Under the pieces are notes generated by a model. It made no database searches, had not been told where the DNA came from, and worked only from the letters and a program-made list of their open reading frames with translations. Source: Owenia fusiformis (taxonomy: Eukaryota). Taken from it: a DNA stretch of 64,000 nucleotides. Both the position numbers and the translations under genes were made by a program. Position 1 is the stretch's first letter, and each line of letters opens with the position of its first letter. This document shows, in pieces, positions 27,001 through 39,000 of this stretch. The stretch covers positions 1 to 64,000 of the forward strand of contig CAIIXF020000001.1 of assembly GCA_903813345.2 (NCBI GenBank). Reading direction: 5' to 3'.

Positions 27001-30000
27001 CATTAGGTTAGTAGGGCTGAAGTGTTCTATTAGAGGTTCAATTAACATTAGGTTAGTAGGGCTGAAGTGTTCTATTAGAGGTTCAATTAACATTAGGTTA
27101 GTAGGGCTGAAGTGTTCTATTAGAGGTTCAATTAACATTAGGTTAGTAGGGCTGAAGTGTTCTATTAGAGGTTCAATTAACATTAGGTAAATGGGTAATG
27201 GGATTGAAGAGTGTTCTATTTATGAGGTGGTCTAGTTAAAAAGAGGTTCAATTAAATGAGGTTAATTGGCCATGGGGCTGAAAAGTGTTCCACTTAAGAT
27301 GTGATAACTAATAGAGGTTCAATCAACATGAGGTTAATGGGTCATGGTACTGAAGTGTTCAACTGATGGAGATGTTCCACTTAAGTGTGTTCTACTCAAG
27401 GTTTTACTGGATTTAAGGTTTTGACACAGTCACATAATATTTCTGTAAGGTTTTCTAATTGATAAGGTCTATCTGTAAGATCAAGTATGAGATAAGGCAT
27501 TAACTATCTCAAAACATATATATATATAATGGGGTCTAAAAAACACATTACTTAATAACGGATTTGATAAGCCTTGGTAGCTTAACAAAGCCCAAGTAGG
27601 TGCCAAAGTATGTGTAACAATTTATACATTTATACAGCTAAATCCATAATATGACAATAATTTGTATATGCTACAACTCTATGCTACAGCTGTATTATAT
27701 AAGAACTGGCAGAAGAGTAATCAACATATGAACAGATTAAAGATTAATCCTATACTACTATATATGATATAATTGTAATCTTATTAGAGTCATGTTGCAA
27801 CTTCTGATTATATTTTCCAATCTGAATTCAGACAATTATAAAATCATATAATGCCCTTTATGAAATTTTATAATATCAGTATCATATTAAAACATTGAAA
27901 AATTTGTTAATGGATTAATCATGTCTGAAATGTGTTTAGGTAAATATGATTTGCAATTGATATGCCTGTAGGGCTGCTACAAATATTTGTTCAGTTATAT
28001 CTGTAAATTCGCTTTGTAAAGTTGGTATACTGGGCTACTTTATGCAAGCGCCATTATGTAATATTTGTTTGTAGATGAATGCATGACATTTACAAGAGCT
28101 ACACTTTGTTTGCACTATATTGTCTATATTATATTGTTTGCACTATATTGTTATTTACACTACCTTATCTGGAAATCTAAGTTTTGAATGAATATTCATG
28201 TGGGATTTGCTTGTTTCTAGTTTCAAGAGAGAGTTTGTTATTAAAGACCCAGTCATCAAAGCAAGGGATTGTTAATATCTAAGAGTTTTGAATGAATATT
28301 CATGTAGGATTTGCTTGTTTCTAGTTTCAAGAGAGAGTTTGTTATTAAAGACCCAGTCATCAAAGCAAGGAATTGTTCATATCTAAGAGTTTTGAATGAT
28401 TCATATTCATGTAGGATTTGCTTGTTTCTAGTTTCAAAAGAGAGTTTGTTATTAAAGACCCAGTCATCAATGCAAGGAATTGTTCATATCTAAGAGTTTT
28501 GAATGATTCATATTCATGTAGGATTTGCTTGTTTCTAGTTCCAAGAGAGAGTTTGTTATTAAAGACCCAGTCATCAAAGCAAGGGATTGTTCATATCTGA
28601 GAGTTTTGAATGAATATTCATGTAGGATTTGCTTGTTTTTAGTTTCAAGAGAGAGTTTGTTATTAAAGACCCAGTCATCAATGCAAGGGAATTGTTCATA
28701 TCTGAGAGTTTTGAATGAATATTCATGTAGGATTTGCTTGTTTTTAGTTTCAAGAGAGAGAGTTTGTTATTAAAGACCCAGTCATCAAAGCAAGGGATTG
28801 TTCATATCTGAGAGTTTTGAATGAATATTCATGTAGGATTTGCTTGTTTTTAGTTTCAAGAGAGAGAGTTTGTTATTAAAGACCCAGTCATCAAAGCAAG
28901 GGATTGTTCATATCTGAGAGTTTTGAATGAATATTCATGTAGGATTTGCTTGTTTTTAGTTTCAAGAGAGAGTTTGTTATTCAAGACCCAGTCATCAAAG
29001 CAAGGGAATTGTTCATATCTAAGAATATTGAATGAATATTCATGTTTTTTGTTTTGTTTTGTTTTTTTCATTTGGGAATTGCTTGTTTCTAGTTTCAGGG
29101 AAAGCGTTTGTTATTAAAGACCCAGTCATCAAAGTAAGGGATTGTTAATATCTAAGAGTTTTGAATGAATATTCATGTAGGATTTGCTTGTTTCTAGTTT
29201 CAAGAGAGAGTTTGTTATTAAAGACCCAGTCATCAAAGCAAGGGATTGTTCAAATATAAGAGTTTTGAATGAATATTCATGTAGGATTTGCTTGTTTCTA
29301 GTTTCAAGAGGGAGTTTGTTATTAAAGACCCAGTCATCAAAGCAAGGGAATTGTTCATATCTAAGAATTTTGAATGAATATTCATGTTTTGTTTTGTTTT
29401 TCACGTGGGATTTGCTTGTTTCTAGTTTCAGGCAGAGAGTTGGTTATTAAAGACCCAGTCATCAAAGCAAGGGAATTGTTCATATCTGACACAACAGACA
29501 CTTTCTCTGTCAAGTTTCTCAGGTAAGATTTGTTTTCTCAACTAAAAATCAGCTTTGTGGGTTAAAGCACATCTAAATGTTAAAATCTATAGACACATAT
29601 AAAAACTACATGTATGTGTGAAATCTATAAGAGTTTTAAGATCCACATTAGTTCATACCTTTGATTTATGATTTGACTATTTATTCCAGGTAGCTGTGAG
29701 TGTTGAAATCTATCTGAGTGTTGAAACATTTGTGAATATTGAATACCTATATATGACAATTGAATTGTTTTTAGTGTTGGAAGGCTAATTGAGTTTAAAC
29801 ATTTGGTGGGTGTTAAGACAAATGTCATTTTCAAGCTTTATTTGTATATTTTTCACTTGGGTCAACCAGATTTTGAGCAAAGTCGTTTCAAAATAGTTCA
29901 AAAAAAGGATATAGGAGCAGTGCATAAGTGTATCACCATTTCACTACTTTCAAACCTCATTTAGACTATGGTCTTATATGGAATTTCTCCTAAATTCAAT

Positions 30001-33000
30001 ATTGGCATCAAATGGGAAGTTTTTGCCAAATTGTTTTACAACTTAAATATTAACTATCATATTAATGGTTTTGACATGCTGATAAAGGATTGGTATCTGT
30101 ATGGCGAACTGAATTCAACATTGATTTCTCTCAAACCAATAATTGAAAACATTCTGTTAAATCGAGGATATGTACAATTTTCAGAATTTTTTTATGACAG
30201 AAGTTTAAGAGACATGTGTTCAATTTAGTTCGCCATATTTATACCAATTCTTTATCTGTTTGAAATCCTGCACAACCAATCATTATTGCGCTTACAGAGG
30301 ACGCTGTAAAGTAATACACTACCAAGACATCACCGCTGCCAGAGACTTCCTGCCAACCCCAGATTCGTTCTTTTATGTCTTAAGCTTTAATCCTGAGACA
30401 AAGAGACTGGCGACCACGCAGGGTGAGATTCGGGTGGGGCCGAGCCATCAGGTAAAGAATATGCATCACGCTTTGAATATATATAAACAAATTAGTCTTC
30501 AAATCTCAAGGAATTCTTTTGGTGAATTCTTTTTTGGTGCAATTTTAATTGTTTCTCAGTCAATAACCCAAGCTACTGCAAAAGATAGTCAAAATATTAA
30601 AAGATGTGACTGATTCGATAATAGGATAGTTTCTAAATAGCAGAAAAACAATGAAATCTAGTGCTGTCATCTTTTATTCAGCTTTTAATTTGGGCTAGAG
30701 TTCAATGATTTGCAAGAATTATGAAAAATAGCCATTATTTTTTTTATTAAAGGAGTGGTATCGATATGGCGAACTTTTTGAACACACATTTCTCTTAAAC
30801 CAGTCATAAAAAAATCTAAACATTTAACATGTCGTCAATTTAATGGTCATCTTTTGAATGGTAACAATATAATTTGAAAAATATATATATACTTTCATCT
30901 ATATTGTTTTAGAAAACACATCAAACACTTGTTTTGTTCTTGGTATCATGTTTCCAGAGTGAAATGAATCTTTCCGAACCTCATTGGAACAAAATGACAT
31001 AAACACAACATGTTTAGGTCTCTCAATATTGTAATTGTGCAAAGGAAAAAATGGGTATCGATATGGCGAACTTTTTGAACACACGTTTCTCTTAAACAAG
31101 TCATCGAAAATTTCTGAAAATCTTACAAATTGTCAATTTAATGGCCATCTTTTGAATGGTAACAATATAATTTGAAATAGATATACATACTTTCATATAT
31201 ATTGTTTTAAAAAACACATCAAACACTTGTTTTGTTCTTGGTATCATGTTTCCAGAGTGAAATGAAACATCTTTCCGAACCTCATTGGAACAAAACGACA
31301 TAAACACAACATGTTTAGGTCTCTCAATATTGTAATTGTACAAAGGAAATTTTGGTTGATTTTGAAAAAGTATCTTGTTAATGAAATAAAAGGTTTTTCT
31401 TGATTTTTATTATCTATTTTTGGGGGATTTTGTTTTAATTTTTTGAATACTTTTTTAAAATCAACCAAAAATTCCTTTGTATAACTTTAATATTGAGAGG
31501 TCTAAAAACATGTTGTATATGCTATTTTGTTCCAACAAGGTTCGAAAAGACATTTTATTTCATTCTCAAGAATTGGTAGAAAGGATCAAGAACAATTGCA
31601 CTAAAAAAACAAAAAATGTTAACAAAAATAGTTATATAAAATATTTCTAAATGATTTTCGCATTAAATTGTTGTCAATCAGTCAACATTACATAAAATAC
31701 CATGTTTTTTTACAGAATGTTTTCAATGATTGGTTTAAGAGAAAAACATTGTTGAATTCAGTTCTCCATTATACCACTCCTTTATAGATTTGATTTTCAA
31801 CTGATTTCCTAATCTCTTTCAAATACCTTTTTTGAGAAAGATCTAACTTCTTTTTTTAATAGATGACCTCATCACAGAATGGCAAAGGTCTAATAAAATT
31901 CTCTGACTGTGTTTCAGGCTCGGCTCCCTGTGTACCAGGAGAATGTTGAGGTTACATCAGACCTGCTGTATCCTGTGGAACAGTTAATATGGAAATCCTC
32001 AGCTGTGGAAGACTGTGATCTGATGATGTACCTCAGGGCTGCAAGGTATGTTATGGCATTCATTCTTTTGGTTACCATAATGTGTTAGTGGCAATCATTC
32101 TTTTGGTTACCATAATGTGTTAGTGGTAATCATTCTTTTGGTTACCATGATGTGTTATAGTTTTGTGTTATGGGCAATCCTTCTTTTGGTTACCATAATG
32201 TTTTATTGGCCAATCCTCTTCTGGTTAACTATAATGTGTTATGGGCCATCCCTCTTTTCCTTACCAGGGTTCTCACTAGACTTTTAGACTCCAGAGATTC
32301 TCCGGAGTTTAATGTCTTAAGACCCTCTTGCCCTCGCAAAAAATCTGAGGTCTACAAATTTCCTGGTGAGAACCCTGTTTACCATGATGTGATATAGGCA
32401 ATCCCTCTTTTGGTAACCATAATGTGTTATGGGCAATCCTTCTTTTGGTAACCATAATGTGTTATGGGCAATCCTTCTTTTGGTTACCATAGTATGTTGT
32501 GGGTAATCCTACTTTTGTTCACCATAATGTGTTTAAGTCGATCCTTCTTTTTGTTGCCATATTGTGTTATGGGCAATCCCTCTTTTGGTTACCATTATGT
32601 GTTATGGTCAATCCATCTTTTGGTAACCGTAATGTGTTATGGGTAATTTCTCTTTTGGTTACCAAAATGTGTTATGGGCAATCCATCTTTTGGTAACCGT
32701 AATATGTTATGGGCAATCCCTCTTTTGGTTACAATAATGTGTTATGGTCAATCCATCTTTTGGTTGCCATAATGTTTTATGGCCCAACCCTCTTTGGTAA
32801 CCGTAATATGTTATGGGCAGTCCCTCTTTTGGTTGCCATAATGTGTTATGGGCAATCCCTCTTTTGGTTACCATAATATGTTATGGGCAATCCATCTTTT
32901 GGTTGCCATAATGTTTTATGGCCCAACCCTCTTTGGTAACCGTAATATGTTATGGGCAGTCCCTCTTTTGGTTGCCATAATGTGTTATGGGCAATCCCTT

Positions 33001-36000
33001 TTTTGGATACCATAATGTGTAATGGGCAATCCATCTTTTGGTTGCCATAATGTTTTATGGCCCAACCCTCTTTGGTAACCGTAATATGTTATGGGCAATC
33101 CCTCTTTTGGTTGCCATAATGTGTTATGGGCAATTCCTCTTTTGGTTACCATAATGTGTAATGGGCAATCCATCTTTTGGTTACCATAATATGTTATGGG
33201 CAATCCATCTTTTGGTTACCATAATATGTTATGGGCAATCCATCTTTTGGTTACCATAATATGTTATGGGCAATCCCTCTTTTGGTTGCCGTATTATGTT
33301 ATGGGCAGTCCCTCTTTTGGTTGCCATAATGTGTTATGGGCAATCCCTTTTTTGGATACCATAATGTGTAATGGGCAATCCCTCTTTTGGTTGCCATAAT
33401 GTGTTATGGGCAATCCCTCTTTTGGTTACAATAATGTGTTATGGGCAATCCCTCTTTGGTTACAATAATGTGTTATGGGCAATCCCTCTTTTGGTTGCCA
33501 TAATGTGTTATGGGCAATCCCTCTTTTGGTTACAATAATGTGTTATGGGCAATCCCTCCTTTGGTTACAATAATGTGTTATGGGCAATCCCTCTTTTGGT
33601 AACCGTAATATGTTATGGGCAATCCCTCTTTTGGTTGCCATAATGTGTTATGGGCAATCCCTCTTTTGGTTACCATAATGTGTAATAGGCAATCCATCTT
33701 TTGGTTACCATAATATGTTATGGGCAATCCATCTTTTGGTTACCGTAATGTGTTATGGGCAATTCCTCTTTTGGTTACCATCATGTGTTATGGGCAATCC
33801 CTCTTTTGGTTACCATAATGTGTTATGGTCAATCCATCTTTTGGTTGCCATAATTTTTTATGGCCCAACCCTCTTTGGTAACCGTAATATGTTATGGGCA
33901 ATCCATCTTTTGGTTACCATAATATGTTATGGCCCAACCCTCTTTGGTAACCGTAATATGTTATGGGCAGTCCCTCTTTTGGTTGCCATAATGTGTTATG
34001 GGCAATCCCTTTTTTGGATACCATAATGTGTAATGGGCAATCCCTCTTTTGGTTGCCATAATGTGTTATGGGCAATCCCTCCTTTGGTTACAATAATGTG
34101 TTATGGGCAATCCCTCTTATGGTTACCATTATGTGTTATGGGCAATCCTTCTTTTGGTTACCATAATGTGTTATGGTCAATCTCTCTTTTGGTAACCGTA
34201 ATGTGTTATGGTCAATCCATCTTTTGGTTGCCATAATGTTTTATGGCCCAACCCTCTTTGGTAACCGTAATATGTTATGGGCAGTCCCTCTTTTGGTTGC
34301 CATAATGTGTTATGGGCAATTCCTTTTTTGGATACCATAATGTGTAATGGGCAATCCCTCTTTTGGTTGCCATAATGTGTTATGGGCAATCCCTCTTTTG
34401 GTTACAATAATGTGTTATGGGCAATCCCTCTTTGGTTACAATAATGTGTTATGGGCAATCCCTCTTTTGGTTGCCATAATGTGTTATGGGCAATCCCTCT
34501 TTTGGTTACAATAATGTGTTATGGGCAATCCCTCCTTTGGTTACAATAATGTGTTATGGGCAATCCCTCTTTTGGTAACCGTAATATGTTATGGGCAATC
34601 CCTCTTTTGGTTGCCATAATGTGTTATGGGCAATCCCTCTTTTGGTTACCATAATGTGTAATGGGCAATCCATCTTTTGGTTACCATAATATGTTATGGG
34701 CAATCCATCTTTTGGTTACCGTAATGTGTTATGGGCAATTCCTCTTTTGGTTACCATAATGTGTTATGGGCAATCCCTCTTTTGGTTACCATAATGTGTA
34801 ATGGGCAATCCATCTTTTGGTTACCATAATATGTTATGGGCAATCCATCTTTTGGTTACCATAATGTGTTATGGGCAATCCCTCTTTTGGTTACCATAAT
34901 GTGTAATGGGCAATCCATCTTTTGGTTACCATAATATGTTATGGGCAATCCATCTTTTGGTTACCGTAATGTGTTATGGGCAATTCCTCTTTTGGTTACA
35001 ATAATGTGTTATGGTCAATCCATCTTTTGGTTGCCATAATGTTTTATGGCCCAACCCTCTTTGGTAACCGTAATATGTTATGGGCAGTCCCTCTTTTGGT
35101 TGCCATAATGTGTTATGGGCAATCCCTTTTTTGGATACCATAATGTGTAATGGGCAATCCCTCTTTTGGTTGCCATAATGTGTTATGGGCAATCCCTCTT
35201 TTGGTTACAATTATGTGTTATGGTCAATCCTTCTTTTGGTTACCATAATATGTTATGGGCAATCCCTCTTTTGGTTGCCATAATGTGTTATGGGCAATCC
35301 CTCTTTTGGTTACAATAATATGTTATGGGTAATCCCTCCTTTGGTTACAATAATGTGTTATGGTCAATCCATCTTTTGGTTACCATAATATGTTATGGGC
35401 AATCCTTCTTTTGGTTACAATAATGTGTTGTATGGGCAATCCCTCTTTTGGTAACCGTAATATGTTATGGGCAATCCCTCTTTTGGTTACCATAATATGT
35501 TATGGGCAATCCTTCTTTTGGTTACCATAATATGTTATGGGCAATCCCTCTTTTGGTTGCCACAATGTGTTATGGGCAATCCCTCTTTTGGTTACCATAA
35601 TATGTTATGGGCAATCCCTCTTTTGGTTACAATAATGTGTTATGGTCAATCCTTCTTTTGGTTACCATAATATGTTATGGGCAATCCCTCTTTTGGTTGC
35701 CATAATGTGTTATGGGCAATCCCTCTTTTGGTTACAATAATATGTGTTACAGTAGTGAGCTACATGTATATTATATTCTACTATATTCACCTATAGTTTT
35801 CCCCAATTTCTGTTACGTTCGAAAATAACAGAAAGTAAAAACAGCAATTAAAATATGATAACAATATATTTATATTTTGAAAACTAAATAATATAACAAT
35901 AATATAAAGGAGGTTTAATACTTAAGTGATGTCCAATCAATGATACGGCTTATTCTAGATGTCGATAAATGTCGTTGATGATCCTTGAGAATGTTCCAGA

Positions 36001-39000
36001 TCACGAAATGATTCAATAATCGTTAATAGCTCTCCAATGTTTGTAATAATCCAATAATGTTTGTTGTAATCCTATAATGTTCGTATCCAATAATGTTTGA
36101 TGATAATCCACAAATGTTTGATGATAATCCACAAATGTTTATGATAATCCATATATAGAGTGTGTTATAATATATGTCCATATAAAGTCCTCAGGTTGTA
36201 TGTTTGTAGTGTTATAAATGTTCCCACAGTATGTGTCTGTTATTTTCTGCTAAGAAGATGTCTTTTGATCAACTTTGAAATTCTGCTTTATTTAGTTCCT
36301 TTGAGATGTCCAGTTATGATTACTTAATTATCTGCTAGCGAGAGTCACTGTGCTGTTCTTTTTTATAATGTGAAAGAATGATCCAGAAACGAATCTTCTG
36401 GAACTACATCTTGATTGGACATCTTTAGTGACATGATTCAATCTGATTAAATGTTTACTAGTTTCCGAATATTCTAGAAGGTCAAGAGTTAATGAGTCAT
36501 TCAGTTCAGTTTTGTTTACAAGATACAGTGTATAATGTCATTGTGACCTTGACCTAAGATCTCTAATGAAGCATAGCTCAACATATACAGCAAGCATAGA
36601 TTACAAATTAAAAAACTATAGGTGAATATAGTAGAATATAATATACATGTAGCTCACTACTGTAACACCTCCCTCCTTAAAAGAAAAGTTTTGAATGCAA
36701 TGAAAAACTTTTACAATAATATCTTGAGTAGCGAGCGTTACAATTTTTAAAAGTGAGGTTGAGACTTACATGATATTTGTTTACAATATTCTTTTTTTTA
36801 TATGCAGTATGTTTACAAGTATATAATACTTTCCATCGTTACAGTGTGAGTACAATCTAATAACATATAATGTTCTTATAATCCCATACTACAATAATAT
36901 CTACATAAGTTATGCATTAAGTCATAAATACAATACACGCAATAGATCATATAACATGTACAATAGCAAACATTTTTGAGTCTGACAAACACTAAACTAG
37001 TACAATGTTTTAAATTATCACATGATCTTATGTAAGTATTTCTAATAGTACAATCTCGTATTATCTAGTGATCTAGTGACACTATTTAATGATCACCTAT
37101 GATGCTCACATAATCTAATACAATCTTATAGTTCACATAATATCAATTTCACTATTTAGGCAAATGTTTTATATATTGTTAAAATAAAGTGACAGTTATC
37201 AGAAACATCTAATTTGCCTATCATATAATATAATCTTCATGAGTTAATCATTATAATTTACAATATCTGACTCTTGAATAACATATAGTTGTCATTTACA
37301 TACAAGTTTGGCCTGAGGGCTAAGAGCACAAGGTCATGCTGAGTAAGAAATTTATCACGCTGAACATACCTTTTCATCATGTGTAGCTCTTTACACCTCA
37401 CAGGAGTAGTTTTATCAATGCAAAAGAAATCATTCAGCACTGAGTCAGATTGTAAGTCAGATATAAGCTCCTTTGATAGCCCAACTAATGTGAAATTGTT
37501 GATTTGTGATTTCACAATATACTTGGTTTTGCTATTCTTAAGCATAAGGAGTGATTTTATTTCTGGAAACTGTGTGGCCATAGAAAGAATAGTGAGCAGA
37601 TATTGATTATTAGATTTTGTTTTTGGTAATGGACCAACACAGTCAATAAGAACCTTACTAAATGGTTCATCAAATGCAGGTATAGGGTGTAAAGGAGCAA
37701 TTGGAATTTTCTGGTTAGGTTTCCCTACCATTTGACATGTGTAACAAGACCTACAATACTCTTGGACATCTTGTTTTAATTTGGGCCAATAGAAATGATT
37801 GAGTATTTTATGGTATGTTTTAGTTACTCCTAAATGACCTGCCATGGGAGAATCATGAGCTAGACTCAAGATTTCCTTATGATACGATTTGGGGACAACA
37901 ATTTGATGCACAATTGCCCAATCGTCTTCAGGGGAAGCTTCAGGAGGTCTCCACTTTCGCATTAATATGCCATCCTTTTTGTAGAAACAAACAGGGACCT
38001 TGTCAGCTTCATCAATAGTAAGACATCTTTTATGAAGATCAATGAGTGATGGATCATGCTCTTGTTCATAAATTAACATGTGTTTAGAATGAGGATCATT
38101 TTTCAAAGAATCACTATCAGAAATAGAGGATGAAACCTCAGAACTAGAAGAGGATGAAACCTCAGAACAAGGAGGGGATGAAACCTCATGAACACTAGCA
38201 GAAGAAGATGAAACTTCATCAGGACTAGCAAGAGCGGGCGAAACCGCATTAAAATAGTGATCCTGCTCAGAAGGTGAATCACCCCTGGCAATAGGCTTTT
38301 TCAATGAAGAATATGCCTCAATAGATGACTGCTTGGCTCGAACAGAAGGCTGTTTCAATGAAGAATTTGCCTTTAAAATAGGATAAGGATCATCTTTAAC
38401 AAGTGGTGAGTGACATTCATCATCAAACAAGGAGCTTAAAAAACCACTATCAAAGTCATCTCCCACAGACGAATCCCCGCTATCAGCTAACCTTTTAGCC
38501 ATAGCCCTAGTAACAGCACAAGCAGGATATATATCAGAGTCCTCTTGGACAGAATCCTCAATAGAACAAGGCTGATCAGAAACAATGGGGTCTAATGATA
38601 CCTTACCCCCAGCTAAATCATTGCCTAAAAGCAATGCGACTCCTTCAACAGGAAGTTGTGGCCTAACACCAACAATAACTGGCCCTTTGACTAACTCTGA
38701 TGTGATATGAATACGATGGAGGGGAACTTTAGTAAAACCTAATTCAATGCCTTGCATCAAGATATGGGTACCTGTGAATGACTCCTCAGATAAAGGAAGG
38801 ACACCTTCTAATAACAAAGTCTGAGATGCACCCGTGTCTCTAAGAATCTTAATTGGCTTTGAATTGGTACCATCACTTGACAGTGACACAGATCCTTCCG
38901 ACATGAAAGGCTTATAATCCTCCATAATATCACTATGAGTTGATTTCTCAGTATGAGTATATGAATCCCAAACAATGGGCTTTCTTGAAATGGGAACAGT

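Noticed and set aside
26267-27190. 307-aa and 291-aa repetitive ORFs on both strands
   Set aside because: Translation of a 45-bp minisatellite; no evidence of coding function.
28220-29400. Dscam-style mutually exclusive exon cluster
   Set aside because: The upstream copies lack the 3' third of the exon and its donor and are frameshifted or contain stops.
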